DNA of 64,000 nucleotides from Planctomycetota bacterium (GCA_965223265.1 OZ244999.1:4768001-4832000), one strand, 5' to 3'; shown: positions 18,395-30,833, numbered from the stretch's first letter. Notes: generated by a model not told the origin, from the sequence alone. Program-made: numbers and translations.

Positions 18395-20829
18395 ATGCGC
18401 ATCTTCTCCATCTTCGTACTCCTCCAGACAGCCTCGGCCTGCAGCGTGACCCCGGATCTCAAGAGCGAAACCGCGCCCTGGTCGATCGATCGATCACACC
18501 GGCTACTGATCCGCGTTGACCCGGTGGAGATCACGCGCGATGCCGACGAGCTGGTCGCCCGAGCAGAGATCGACTTTGATCGCGTCTTGCGGTCTGCCCG
18601 CTGCGATCTGTCGACTATCACTATTCAGGAATATGACGCGGCAACGGGTCAGGTGATCTCTTTCATGGGCAGCGGCGAACGCCCGGTTCGTGTCTACGAC
18701 CTGAGCATTCCCTGGAAGTTTCCGGAGCGTCAGGGCTATGCGCATGGAAGCGATGGCACGGGATTGCCGGCGACTTTCGTTGAGGGCGGCGGTCGATTCG
18801 TTCCGGCAGTTGGCGAGGGGCGCAAGGCGTCTGTTGCGTGGTCCCACCTCCAGCGAGCGCAGCAGTCGTCGCACTATGCGATCTACTTCGATCTCTTACC
18901 GGCCGGCGCCGCACCTTCGCTCTCGGTTCCCGGATTCGTCGGTGATGGATCGAACCGCTGTGCAGCAGATGCCGACAGCTTCTTCCCGCTCTACCACAGC
19001 CGCGTCGACACCGCTGATCTCGACGGCGACGGACGATTCGACCTGGTCGTCGGCAACCTGAACGGCACTCTCCTCTGGTATCCCAACGTCGGTCGCCCTG
19101 GGGCACCACGCTTCGAGCTGGCGCGATGGATCGTCGCGGACGCAGGCGACCCGCTCGACGTTGGCTACAGCTCCGCCCCGCGCGCGGCCGACTGGGACGG
19201 CGACGGCGATCTCGATTGATCGTCGGGGCGGAGAAGGAGTCGCTCGTGTTCTTTCGCAATGAGGGAACCGTCACGAACCCGAAGTTTTACCTGCAAGGGC
19301 TCCTCAGCGCTGACGGCAACCCGATCCGCGTCCCCAAGTCGCCCTGTGAAGAGGATCCAGACGGCAGGGTTTTTCCGTACGACTACTATCCCATACCGGA
19401 GATCGTCGATTGGGACGGCGACGGCGACCTCGACCTGCTCGCTGGAGGTTATATCACTGGACGCATCTGGTTTTATGAGAACGTCGCTGGCGCAGCGCGC
19501 GATGAGCCTGAGCTCACGTTTCGCGGCGCCCTGCAGGCGGACGGTCGTGACCTCGATGTGACGTGGATGGCTTCCCCGTGCGCGGCGGATTTCGACAGCG
19601 ACGGTGACCTCGACCTGATCAGCGGCGCCATGCAGATCACCGCGGGACTGGGTGATCTATCCGACCCTGAGAAGTTTCTCTGGTACTACGAGAACGTCGG
19701 AAGCCGAAGCGCGCCACAACTGACGCTGCGGCCCTTTCCTGCGAAAGGAAAGTTCCGCCACGGTTCACTGGGAACTCCACGGGCGATCGACTTCAATCGC
19801 GATGGTTTGCTCGACCTCGTCGTCAGCGCGTCGCGCGATCTGCTCCTCTTAGCCAATGTCGGCTCGTCAAACAATCCTGTCTTCGATGCGTCGACTGAAC
19901 CACTGCGGGCACCGTGGGGAAGTGCGCCGCTCAGATTCCAGCAACTGCTCGACTACAATGGTGACGGCTGGCCCGATCTCTTTGGCGGCGCCGAGGTGCA
20001 GGACAACATGCCTTTCTTCGCCGGGGCGGCAGTAACGCTCTGTGATGGGCAGAATGGGAACCGTTATACAGGCAAGAACGTGATCCCGCTTCTCGAATCA
20101 GGGCAGCGCATCCATCATCCGACACCGCGCGGCGATGCGTGGGACTATCGTGCACTTGCCGATCTCGACGGCGATGACCTGCTGGATGTTCTCTCGGGCG
20201 TTCATGAAGGCCACATCTGGTTTCATCGAAATCGGGGCACGCGTGAGCAAGGGAGAGTCGATGCAGCAGGCGTCCGTCTGAAACTTATCGATGGCGAGCT
20301 GCTCCGCGTCGGCCTCCCCCCAACGCCAGAAGATGAAAATGCCTTCGATGAACTGCAAGGTGCGCGAACAACCGTGGCGAGCGCGGACTTCAACCGCGAC
20401 GGACGACCGGATCTACTGGTCTGCGATACGTATGGCGTCGTGCGAATCTTCCTGCAGGCGCCCGGAGACTTGCTGCGTTTCGAACCCGCTGTCGTGATCG
20501 CACGCGAAGGCAAAGTTCGGCTGACCGCGCAGCCAATCGATTGGAACGGCGATGGCTGGGATGACGTGATCGCCATGTACGCCAGCGAAGAGAGCTACTT
20601 GATCTTGAACCGAGCCGTGCCAGGGAAAGCGGCGTTCGATGCCCCGAAACCGTTGAAACTACCGAGATATCCCATGTCCTGGCCGCTTCTGCACGTCGCC
20701 GACTGGAACAACGACGGCGACGAGGACCTGCTACTTCACTACGGCACCATGCTCCGCTACATCGAGCGCTCGTTTGTCGACCACGGCTATGTGCCGGCGA
20801 CGATCATTGCGCACGAAGCGCAGCGGTAG
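18395..20829 (+). CDS. FG-GAP/VCBS repeat lipoprotein, frameshifted at about 19215
   Basis: Lipobox-like TASAC and many D(W/F)DGDGDLDL repeats. ORFs 18269..19219 and 19126..20829 join into DGDGDLD-LIVGA if one T is restored in GATTGATC. Confidence 0.8.
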
Positions 20830-20864
20830 CTTCGCGTGCGCGGTTGGCGCTGCGCTGCCCAAAC

Positions 20865-23243
20865 CTAACGATTTTTTTCTCCGGCGCCGATGCCGGCCTC
20901 GGGGCGTGGGCTCCACAGAAACGACCGTCGATGCATCCCGCCGCGCGGAAAACGCGCCGGCGGATCGGTGTGCACTAGGACGGCGACCGCGTTCGTCCGG
21001 CCAGCGCGGACGTCGCCGGTGACATCGACGTGAATCGGTTTGAGCGCGTTGAGTCCTCCCATCGGATGGAGCCGACACCTCTCCGGCGTCATCAGGCGAC
21101 CGTTCACCCATACCCAGACACCTTCATCGTAGTCTTCCTGGTAGTAGACGCCGCCGAGAGTCAACGTGAGCGGCTTCCCCGCGGCGTCGGCTGGCACTTC
21201 GAATTGGCAGCGATACCACGCTTTGCCGAAATAGCCCCACCCCGTCGCGTCGATATGGCCCTGGGCCTGCCAGTAGAGCGTCGTGTCGATCGGCTCCCAG
21301 CCATCGCGATGCCCGGGAAGATACCACTGATAGATCGTACCCATGTCCTTGGGATCCTTCTTGAACTGCCACGTTCTCGGGAGAGTCGCCACAAGCTCAC
21401 CCTGCTCGCCGCCCGCCTTTGCAGCGAGATCCGCGTACAGCGTCCGGTGCCACTCAATGGTGCTACGAAAATCGCGCGCGAACTCGGCCGTGTGCGGCAA
21501 AAGACCAGAGCGAATCGCGCCCATCATATCGCGCAATTCCAGCATGCGGTTCGTCCACGCAACTGCCTCAGTGAACTTCGCCTCTGCGAGAGCTTTCTCC
21601 ATCGCAACGTACGCGCGCATGTGATCGTGCGTGATCCGGAGAATGCGGACACGGAGCGCGAAAGATGTGTTCTGCGCTTTCGATTCCGCCTCGCGGATCA
21701 GGCGATCCAAGTCGCCGGACACCGGGGAGAGGATGACCGTCCATGGAATCACGTCCCCCCAGGCCGTATGAACGTGCGTCTCCTCGAGCGCGCGCTCGTA
21801 TGTCCAAAGATATTCTTCCACTGCCGTGGCCGCCGGGCCGTAGAAGAGACGGCAATACTCGTGGACAAGCGCGTCGACGTCCGCCTTCGTATCCCACATG
21901 AGCTTCGCACGAACGTAGTAGTTCAGGTGCGTGACCATCCAGGAGTTGGCGGCGTGCGTCCAGAATCCCCAGAGGCCACGACGCTTAAAGTAGGGCATAT
22001 CGTGCTTCAGGTTGTGTAAGGCGGGAAACGGAAGGTTGTCCACAGCAGTACCCGGGTCGTAGTCGTAGACAATCACGCACTTCACCGCACTCGTCCAGCG
22101 ATCGACCAAGCGCTCGTACACTTGCCGCGCCCAGCAGCGCGGATCACCGATGCGATGGAGACTACAAATGTGAATTGTCGCCAGCTGGATCCCGAGATTC
22201 GGACTCAACTTCGGAAGACTCTCGGGCAACCGCACGCGATTCGCATACCCATTGGTCAACACCCACCGCTCCGGAAACTCCTTGTGAACCTCGGTGGCGA
22301 CGGAGTTCGCAAAGCGAAACCAAACGTCGCTGTAGCTCGGCTCACCGATGCCCTTGCCGCCGAGTCCAGGCACGAGCCGCCGACAATCCTCGCAGTGGCA
22401 CCGCGGCGAATAGCCGTCGCTTGGAGCAAATCCGAACGAGTGCACCTCCGGATGCTCGCGAAAGTACTTCTTGATCACTGCTGCGCCCATAGCTCGCACT
22501 TCTTTGTTCGTCGTGCAGAACATGCCCTCCCATCGGTTGCCTCGCCGATCGATCGAGTAGAGGTGAGGATGCGACTCGACGGTTACGCTCTCTCCCAAGC
22601 GCTTGACGCTGCCGTCACCCGGCATGCTGATGGCAAGACCGTTGAGCTTGTGGCGGTCGTACCAGGGTCGAAACGCTTTCGCGTCCTCGGCGCTGATCGG
22701 CATCCAACCGGCGTATCCAATGCGCCGGATGCGAAAATCGGGTCGCTCGACTCGATCCATCTCCGGCACCGTGATCGTGTCCATCGACGGCAGCACCTCG
22801 CCAAACTCGCCGGGGAAGTACCACCGACAGCCGAGCTGCTCGAGTAACTCGTAGACCGCGTAAGCCGTCCCTCGGTAAGCCCGCTCCTCATTGCCTGCGA
22901 GCACGAGGTCACCGTCGACAGTCTTGATCACGAAACCCTCTTCGTTGAGCTGGGTCGTGAACCCTGACGGAATATCGACTCCGAGCCGAGCGACTGCGCT
23001 ACTGCGGCCGACGAGGACGCGAGGGCCGCGGACGGCGTCACGTTCGCTAGCGATCGGAAGCGTTGCCCCACTGATCCGCTCGACGTATGTCTGCAACTCT
23101 TTGGCGACCTCGCGCGCCTGATCGCTCGCCTCGGCGCCGATCACAATCGTCGCCCTGGGCTGCCCCTTCTCCACGAGAGTGACTTCCGCGCCTGAGCTGG
23201 CAGCGGCCAAAACGAACACGATCGTCATCGGTGCGGTGCGCAT
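20865..23243 (-). CDS. DUF4838 domain secreted protein with C-terminal sugar-binding (GH2-like) domain
   Basis: Signal peptide, GT.YAVYELLEQLGCRWYFPG, CHCEDC, A.LMWD, and C-terminal GKAWYR..F.VP and VWVNG. Confidence 0.8.
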   Translation of the reverse strand: MRTAPMTIVFVLAAASSGAEVTLVEKGQPRATIVIGAEASDQAREVAKELQTYVERISGATLPIASERDAVRGPRVLVGRSSAVARLGVDIPSGFTTQLNEEGFVIKTVDGDLVLAGNEERAYRGTAYAVYELLEQLGCRWYFPGEFGEVLPSMDTITVPEMDRVERPDFRIRRIGYAGWMPISAEDAKAFRPWYDRHKLNGLAISMPGDGSVKRLGESVTVESHPHLYSIDRRGNRWEGMFCTTNKEVRAMGAAVIKKYFREHPEVHSFGFAPSDGYSPRCHCEDCRRLVPGLGGKGIGEPSYSDVWFRFANSVATEVHKEFPERWVLTNGYANRVRLPESLPKLSPNLGIQLATIHICSLHRIGDPRCWARQVYERLVDRWTSAVKCVIVYDYDPGTAVDNLPFPALHNLKHDMPYFKRRGLWGFWTHAANSWMVTHLNYYVRAKLMWDTKADVDALVHEYCRLFYGPAATAVEEYLWTYERALEETHVHTAWGDVIPWTVILSPVSGDLDRLIREAESKAQNTSFALRVRILRITHDHMRAYVAMEKALAEAKFTEAVAWTNRMLELRDMMGAIRSGLLPHTAEFARDFRSTIEWHRTLYADLAAKAGGEQGELVATLPRTWQFKKDPKDMGTIYQWYLPGHRDGWEPIDTTLYWQAQGHIDATGWGYFGKAWYRCQFEVPADAAGKPLTLTLGGVYYQEDYDEGVWVWVNGRLMTPERCRLHPMGGLNALKPIHVDVTGDVRAGRTNAVAVLVHTDPPARFPRGGMHRRSFLWSPRPEAGIGAGEKNR

Positions 23244-23469
23244 ATGAGTTGCTCCTTCGAGTTATGCGATCGCCGTCGACAGGCGCCGTGGGTGAACCCT
23301 CTTCGCTGTCGACGCAGATTCCATCCTACTCGGTGGACCTCGTCGAAACACAGAGGCTAGATGCTCCCCCGCTGCCCCACTTTTGGGAACTCAGGGAATG
23401 CGGGAAACCTCTGGAGAAGAGGGGAGCTCTTATCCGAAGAGAAAGACAAGGCTCAGACAGAGGATTCTC

Positions 23470-23763
23470 ATGCCGCAGCGCCAGCCTCCGCAACGACCCG
23501 CGTCTTCTTCGAGCAAATCACAAGCGCAGTGGCGCCTCATCGAAGGCGGTCGCGAGCGCGTGCTCAAGGCCATCGATCAGCTTCTTGAGGGCACGGGCGA
23601 CAATCACTTCGAGATAGAGTTTCGCATCCATGAAAGTCGCCGTGTCGCAGCGCGGACTCCCAAGCGCAAGGTGCGATCGGCGAAGACCAAAAAGTCTGGT
23701 AAGAGCAAGAGATCTGGGGTGTTCGCGACGGTGTTCGGCCGCCGCACGAAAAAGGCCCGGTGA
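23470..23763 (+). CDS. Small basic hypothetical protein
   Basis: AGAGGA SD before ATG 23470, a short globular core (FEIEFRI) and a Lys/Arg-rich tail. Confidence 0.5.
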   Translation: MPQRQPPQRPASSSSKSQAQWRLIEGGRERVLKAIDQLLEGTGDNHFEIEFRIHESRRVAARTPKRKVRSAKTKKSGKSKRSGVFATVFGRRTKKAR

Positions 23764-23875
23764 ATCCTGCGGCTCGCCCGCCTGGGCGATCCGAACAGCT
23801 CTCTCACTCAAAGCCTTCCACGCGACCGCGCCAGACGCGTGGTAGCGCTCGTGGCGCACATCGGTCTGCTCTCTC

Positions 23876-24742
23876 TCACCTCTCTGAGTTCGCCGCTTCC
23901 TGCAGCTGCGCAGAGCGTGCATTGATCACCGCCCAGGGATCCGTGGGCTTCTTGTCGGGGTCGACGTAGTCGTCCAGATCGCGCAGCGCGATCACTTTGT
24001 AGCCTCCCTCGTGGAGGAACTTCATGTACTTTTCGAACATCGCCTGCGGTGTGTGCACCCACGGGTGCTCTCCCTCGGGCACGCCGTGAAACTGCAGCAC
24101 CGCGATGCGACCATCCTTCGCCTGCTCGACGCCGCGGATGAAGTCTTCGAGCTTCCAGTCGGGTCGGGCATCGGCTGCTGACGGAATGAGCAGCGGGTGG
24201 TCGCGCCCCGGTTCGTACGCAACCCCTCGGCCACGGTCGTACGGATACTCGGGTGCGCCGCCGCGCCGCGCGTAGCGGATGCCGTGACGTTCGAGCACCG
24301 GTAAGGCCTTCGCGGTGATCGAGTTTCCCGGCCACGCGAACGTCACCGGCTTTGGGATGCCATGCTCGGCGCACTTTCGATCGATTTCCTCCAGTTGCTC
24401 CACGAGTTGATCGACGTTGTCGTCGTTCACCCCCATGTGGTCGCGCGTGTGGTTGCCGATCTCGAAGCCATCTTTGTGGAGCTGGCGGATCTCGTCCCAG
24501 GTCATGTAGTTCGTTTTGTCCGTCTCGAAGTTGAACCCTTCGGTGATATAGAACGACGCTCCGAAGCCGTATTTCTTGAGGAGTGGCCGCGCGACGGTGT
24601 AGTGCGACTTCACGGAATCGTCAAACGTGAGGACAACGATCTTGGGCGGTATCGACTCAGCTTGATGCTGACAGGCAGTCAGAGAGAAGAGCAAGAGAAG
24701 ATAAAGCCGCTGGCAGCAAGCTATAGTGGGGAATCGAGCCAC
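23876..24742 (-). CDS. Polysaccharide deacetylase (NodB/CE4) lipoprotein
   Basis: VLTFDD, EIGNHTRDH, FAWPG and LQFHG. Lipobox LTAC, with a GGAGG SD before GTG 24742. Confidence 0.85.
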   Translation of the reverse strand: MARFPTIACCQRLYLLLLFSLTACQHQAESIPPKIVVLTFDDSVKSHYTVARPLLKKYGFGASFYITEGFNFETDKTNYMTWDEIRQLHKDGFEIGNHTRDHMGVNDDNVDQLVEQLEEIDRKCAEHGIPKPVTFAWPGNSITAKALPVLERHGIRYARRGGAPEYPYDRGRGVAYEPGRDHPLLIPSAADARPDWKLEDFIRGVEQAKDGRIAVLQFHGVPEGEHPWVHTPQAMFEKYMKFLHEGGYKVIALRDLDDYVDPDKKPTDPWAVINARSAQLQEAANSER

Positions 24743-25116
24743 GAAGATCCTCCGTGCGAGTCCGTTCAGTTTTCGCGCCGCGGACAGCAGGCCATGGTCG
24801 GCTATAGCTGCCAATGCTTGACGTCTGAAAGAGTGTTTCCGAAAGTTAAACAACCCCTCCGCCCCCGTCAATCCGTTTCGCCTCGGAACACTCGTTGCAA
24901 CGGGAATACCACAAGACGCCGGCCTGTCATCAAATGACTTAGTCATCCGCTAGAGCATAACCTGCGGGAACGACACCTGGACACCTATAGTTCAGGTCAT
25001 GAGATTCGAAGGCGTCATCGTCATGTGGTTGTGCTCAAACGATCACCCGGGTACGATGCCGACTCGGTGATGATGATACTGACAAAGGGTGCCGTCTACG
25101 TGGGCTGGGGTACACT

Positions 25117-25668
25117 ATGCGTTCGGAACAGGACTTCGCGTCGCCAGTTCATTCTGGGCCGTCCGCGAAGCAATCCCTTTCTCGCTGCGCGGAAGATCGT
25201 CTCGAAAGGATGCTTCGGTCGGTAGCGCGCCAGCACATGAAACGCGAACGCCAGAGCGCTTTGCTGCAGACCACTGCGCTGGCCAATGAGTGCTTTCTTA
25301 GACTCCGCGGGGTCCAGATCGATGACAGCGGACACTTTCGTGCGCTGGCCCACAACGCCGCTCGCCGCACCCTCATCGATCACGCAAACAGCGAAGCGAC
25401 GAAAAAACGGGGCGGGAGACGCCAGCGCATCCCGCTCGCGCAAATCTCGCCGACCATAGAGCAAGAGTTGGAGCTGGAACTGGACCTCGCGCAGCTCTTG
25501 ACCCGCCTGCACAAGGAGTTTCCGAAACTCCATTTCGTCATTCACAACCGGTTTTTCGCCGGACATAGTTTCCGCCAAGTCGCAGCCATGCTGGGCTGCT
25601 CGGAGGCTACCGTGCGCAACCGCGAGCGGGCCGGACTCATGACGCTCTTGAGCTGGTTCGAGGACTGA
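25117..25668 (+). CDS. ECF-type RNA polymerase sigma factor (planctomycete TIGR02999-like)
   Basis: LQTTALANECFLRL, RRTLIDHA...KRGG and RFFAG.S..QVA.MLG.SE.TV. Confidence 0.85.
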   Translation: MRSEQDFASPVHSGPSAKQSLSRCAEDRLERMLRSVARQHMKRERQSALLQTTALANECFLRLRGVQIDDSGHFRALAHNAARRTLIDHANSEATKKRGGRRQRIPLAQISPTIEQELELELDLAQLLTRLHKEFPKLHFVIHNRFFAGHSFRQVAAMLGCSEATVRNRERAGLMTLLSWFED

Positions 25669-25675
25669 CGCTGCA

Positions 25676-28600
25676 GTGAGCAAAAAAGTGCGTCCGGGAC
25701 GCGAGACGATCATTCTGCGGGTGATCGAGGCTGAGCCTGCCGACCGCGAACGCCTCTTGGCCGAGCTCTGTGGAGACGACTCAGTGCTCCGCGGAGACAT
25801 TGCACGCCTCTTAACATTTTGCGACTCTGCCGCAGAGATCTCAAAGCGCCTCGAAAACCTCGCGGAATCGGTGGAATCGACAAACCTGCGCAATGCGCCA
25901 TGCATCGACGGCCTCACGATCCTCGGAGAGCTCGGCCGCGGCGGCATGGGCACAGTTTATCTAGCGAAGCAGAGCGAACCCCTCGACCGACTCGTTGCTG
26001 TCAAAGTTTTGCACGCCACGCGGAATACTGCGGAGCACACGGCCCGCTTTCAAGGGGAGGCGCAAGCCCTCGCGCGCATGCACCACGAAGGCATTGCTGC
26101 GATCTTCGATGCCGGAATAACAGAACTGAACGAGCCGTACTTCATCATGGAGTATGTCGACGGTCGCCGACTGACGGACTACTGCGACGAACAAACGCTC
26201 GACACAGTCCAACGGCTCCGACTCTTCTGCCAAATCTGCGACGCAGTACAGCACGCGCACGAAAGTGGAATCGTTCATCGTGACCTCAAACCGTCCAATG
26301 TCCTTGTGAAGTCCTCGGGGGACGACTCCAAATCAAGGTCATCGACTTCGGAATCGCCAAAGCGCTGCGTGGGCGCCTCCACGACGCCACGAGTACTAGG
26401 GGTGCAGGTCCGCTAGGTACGATAGAATACATGAGCCCGGAGCAATTGTTCGACGACGGAGTTATCTCCGAGCGTTCCGATGTGTACGCTCTAGGCATCA
26501 TCCTCTACGAACTGCTCGCTCGACAAACTCCCTACAGCGAGAAAGGTGATGAAGATCTCATCACGCGCCTGATCGCCGGTCCACGTCCGCTTAGTGAAGT
26601 GTCACCAGTTCATTCTTTGGCGCTCGAAGCCATCGTCGATCGATCGTTGGCTCGCTCTCCGAAGGATCGCTATCCAAGCGTCGCTGCACTTTCTGACGAA
26701 GTGCGGCGTTACCTGGACGGCGAAACAGTCCGCGCTGTCGGTCACGCCCGGCGGCATGCGTTGCGTCGATGGGTTCGGCATCGCCCTCCATCTTCGGTAC
26801 TCTCGAAAGTCGGAGGGCTCGGGGCCATCGTGGTCCTCATGGGCTTCCTCGCATGGCATGGACTGCGGATCCTCGAGGACAAGGGCCATGAGAGCGACCA
26901 GCCGCAGACGGAGCGAACTCGCTTCGAAGACTCGACGCGGGTCGTGGCGCGGGCGCGTCAAGCTCTGGAAGCCGGAGCGATCGAGCAGACACACTCGCTC
27001 GTTAGCCAGTACTTGAATCAAATGGGAGGCAAGGACGAGCACGAACGCTCGAGTTTTGACATCGAGTACCTGCGAAGAAAAAGCGAGCTCTCCTCCGAGC
27101 CCCTTGAGCTGGTCCAAGGCGGGCTCGACCGCATGGTGTTTTTGCGCGACGGACGAAGCATTGCTGTCCTCGGATCGCGCTCCGAACGGGAGCAAGGCAT
27201 CGTTACCCGATGGTCGATCGACCGAATAGAGTCTCCGATCCAACGGTGGCGCATAGAGCTCGAGTTTCCGGTGAGCGACATGGTCCTGGAGCCGGGCGGT
27301 GAATTCTTGACCCTCCAGGCCCAGGGTGAAGCGCTCTTAGCGACAGTCGACGTCGAAGATGGCGCAGTGCGCCGTTACGGTGGTCTGATCACCTCGGGAC
27401 ACCTGGCGTACTCGCCCATCGGCCATGTTTTGGTTGCCGCCGCCACCACGGTTGTCCTCCACACGTCGCCGCCCACCCGTTACTTTCAGGTCGGCAACTT
27501 CAAACCCAAAGAGACTTACACCGGCCTCGGGTTCTCAGACGATGGTCGGTGGCTCGTGGTCGGTGGATTCGACAATCTTCGACTCATTTCTATTCCGGAG
27601 AGCATCCCCTATGGGACGTCAAGCAGCCGCCAACCCGTGACCCAAGTTCTGAAGTTCCCGGTAGCCCGCCCCATCGACAATCTCTGCATGGTTAACGACG
27701 TCGTCGTCGCCGCGCACCGCGAAGCCGGCCTCGTGAAGTACGACGTGCGGCAACTGAGAGAAATCCGTCGGTCGGCTCCTCTCTCAACCGACGTTGAGGT
27801 CCTCGCGGCTTCGCCGGATGGCCGCTGGTTAGCAACAGGTTCACGTGAGGGTGATCTGACAATCTGGGATCAGGACACCCTCGTCGCGCTATGGAGCGTC
27901 CGAGCCCACGGCCGACGTATAGACGATCTCCAATTCTCTTCCGATAGTAGGTTGCTCGCTTCGGTCGGTGATCGAGGCGCTCTACGTTTCTGGTCAACGG
28001 AACGTTGGTCTCGCCTAACGTCGCACGCAATCACAAAGCAGCGACTCTGGGACGTGGCCTTTCGCGATGACGGACGTTTGGTCACGGAGTCGGAACATCC
28101 CCGCTTCTCGCTCTGGGATCTCGATCGAGAACGGCCACCGGGAGGGTATCACTCAGAGTCCAGCGTCGAGGTGGAGCCTTGGTCGGCGGGGGGAATCGAA
28201 CACGAAGTGTGCGCGTTAGCACCCGGAGGGCGTGAAGTTGCCGTTTCGACCTCCAACTACACGGTTCAGCTCGTCGCGACGAACGATCGAGTGCAGGAAA
28301 TCGTCGAGCTGGGCAAGTTTTCGGCGCCCGTCTACGGGATGGGATTCTCACGGGACGGCTCTCTCTTCGCCGCGTGCTCACTTAGACACGTTCGCCCACT
28401 CGTCGAGAGTCAGCTCATGGTCTGGCGGCGCGGCAAACACCGAGAGAATCGGCCACTGGACTCTGTGCGAGCCAGTCCCCACAACCTCATCCTCGACGTC
28501 AAGACGGACGTCACAAGCCGTCGACTCGCGGTCTTCCCACGACGCGGCTTGATCGCGATCGGCGGTCGGGAAGCCACACCGATCGAGGTACGCGCCATCG

Positions 28601-29079
28601 CCGATGGAGCGCGGATCGGCAGATTTCAAGCTCAGAGCTTCGTCGTGGGCATCGTACCGACTCCCGACGAGCGGTTTCTCGCAACTCTCGGAGAGGACGG
28701 CACCGTTGAGGTCTGGCAGATTCCCGACAGATCGGCCGAGCTCGCTCCTCCGACCCGAGAGCTCACCGTTCGCTGCCACCGGGGACGAATCAACGCACTG
28801 AAATTCTTCCCGGATGGCCAACGATTCGTCACGGGCCCCGCCGAAGGTTCGGTGAAACTTTGGCGCTGGTTCGAGGAAGCTGGAGAGTTGAGCGTGGTCG
28901 AGCTTTTGGAGCTCAACCCGCCTCCCGGACAAGTGATGGGACTCGACGTAAGAGCCGACGGTCAAGCTGTAGTTGCTGCAGGCGGTTCGCCGGATGGAGC
29001 TGCCGGTTGGGTGAAAATGTGGTGGGGCGCCACGACGATCCGGCACAACAACCCTGTTTCGCCCTCCCCTGCCAGATAA
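25676..29079 (+). CDS. Ser/Thr protein kinase with TM and WD40 repeats, frameshifted at about 26320-26332
   Basis: The first ORF has LGRGGMGTVY, VAVK and HRDLKPSN. The next frame continues IKVIDFGIAK...GTIEYMSPEQ and SDVYALG, then WD40 repeats. Confidence 0.85.
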
Positions 29080-29249
29080 CGATATCGGGCACCACATCGG
29101 TCGCTGGGGAAGCCGACGCGAGCAGAAAAACGTGCATTCCTTTTGCGCATTCGCTCCCGAATCCCGCTTACCACTATGGCGATTCGAACCACGTCGAGTT
29201 CGACGCGGAAGTGAGCGACGCCTTCTGTACTTTCCCCACGGGAGTCACT

Positions 29250-30833
29250 ATGCCTAAGTCGAATTTACTTTCATTCTTGGTCTGTCTGATCGGAATCTCC
29301 TCGGCCCTGAAAGCTGACCCGTTCAGTGTCTTTCAGGTCATTCCCAATCCCGATCCGGACGCGGACCAGGACGACCAGTTCGGGTCGCTAGTGACGCTCG
29401 ACGGGAATCTTGTTCTTGTGGGTGCACGAAGGGACGATGCAAGTGGTCCACCTGACTCCGGAGCGGCATACCTCTTCGATCTGAGTACGGCAACGCTTGT
29501 TCACACCTTCCTCGATCCGACTCCGATGCCTGGCGATCACCTGGGAGAGGGAGGGGCGATCGTCTCGGGAATGGTTTTTCTCGGCGACCATGGGGACGAC
29601 GCCGGAGCGTCGGACACCGGCACCGTTCGACGCTACGACGCTTCGACAGGAAGCTTAGTTCTGGAAATCTTCAACCCTTCGCCGCTCCAAGGCGAGCTCT
29701 TCGGGTGGCGGCTCTTCGCCGACGATGCAGGCCTGATCGTCACTCAGTCCGACCTGGGTCTTGGGGGCATTGGTCCAGGCTTCGTGTATCTCTACGATTT
29801 CGCCGGGAACCTCGTTCAAACATATCTCAATCCGACGCCGGTGAATGGCGACAGACATGGTTGGGCCGCCGTTGCGACCGCAACTCATGTCGTTGCAAGC
29901 ACGCTTCACGCTGGAACACCATCTCTCATCGGTGAAGTTCAAATCTACGATCGCTCCACCGGGACACTTCTTCACACGCTTACCAATCCCATTTTGGAGC
30001 CGAACGCGAATTTCGGCATCAGTGTGGCTGTCGTCGGCGACACGGTATTCGTAGGGGCGTCAGCAAGCGCCGCACCCACGAACGCCGAAGGTAGGGTCTA
30101 CGCCTTCGACATAGCGACCGGAGCTCTGCTCGGAATTCTGGAAAACCCAACACCTGACCCCGTTGATCTTTTCGGCGGTGCGCTGGCAGCTCACGGAGAC
30201 CTCCTCGTGGTGGGATCACGATTCGACGACGCCGCGGCCGACAACGGTGGCGCGGTCCATGTCTTTACTTCAGATACATTCACAATCGTCGACACCATTC
30301 TAAGTCCTACGCCGGCCGACGGGGCACGATTCGGTTCGGAACTTGCAGCCGATGACGAGCACATCGTCGTCGCTGCCGATTCCGACCTCGTGGACGGTGC
30401 CCCAGTTGGAAAGGTTTACGTGTTCCACGCCGACAGCGACGAAGACGGTGTGGGGAATGCGATTGACCTGTGCCCAGGCACGCCTCAAGGGGAGATAGTG
30501 GATTCCAGCGGCTGTTCCGATTCTCAAGTCGACGAGGACCTCGATGGTTTGTGTAATCCGGACGCAGCGACCAACGGACCTTCGGGATGTACGGGATCCG
30601 ATAGTTGTCCTAACTCGGATCTTCAACCCACGATCGTGATCGACGGAGTGGACACGGGCGTAGAAAACGATCTTCTTTCCGACGGCTGTACGGTATCTGA
30701 TCTCATCACCGACCTTCTCGGGACAGACCCAGTCTTTGCCGAAGTCGTTCAATTGCTCGTTTCGCTCAAAGGCGACGGTGTGATCACTGGTGAGCAGCTG
30801 GGCGAAATCTTGAAGACCCTCAAAGGCTCTTAA
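29250..30833 (+). CDS. Secreted FG-GAP (integrin-like) repeat protein with thrombospondin-3-like C-terminal repeats
   Basis: Signal peptide after a GGAG SD, repeated NP.P...D.FG..V...G....VGA units, and DSDEDGVG...D.CP motifs. Confidence 0.8.
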   Translation: MPKSNLLSFLVCLIGISSALKADPFSVFQVIPNPDPDADQDDQFGSLVTLDGNLVLVGARRDDASGPPDSGAAYLFDLSTATLVHTFLDPTPMPGDHLGEGGAIVSGMVFLGDHGDDAGASDTGTVRRYDASTGSLVLEIFNPSPLQGELFGWRLFADDAGLIVTQSDLGLGGIGPGFVYLYDFAGNLVQTYLNPTPVNGDRHGWAAVATATHVVASTLHAGTPSLIGEVQIYDRSTGTLLHTLTNPILEPNANFGISVAVVGDTVFVGASASAAPTNAEGRVYAFDIATGALLGILENPTPDPVDLFGGALAAHGDLLVVGSRFDDAAADNGGAVHVFTSDTFTIVDTILSPTPADGARFGSELAADDEHIVVAADSDLVDGAPVGKVYVFHADSDEDGVGNAIDLCPGTPQGEIVDSSGCSDSQVDEDLDGLCNPDAATNGPSGCTGSDSCPNSDLQPTIVIDGVDTGVENDLLSDGCTVSDLITDLLGTDPVFAEVVQLLVSLKGDGVITGEQLGEILKTLKGS

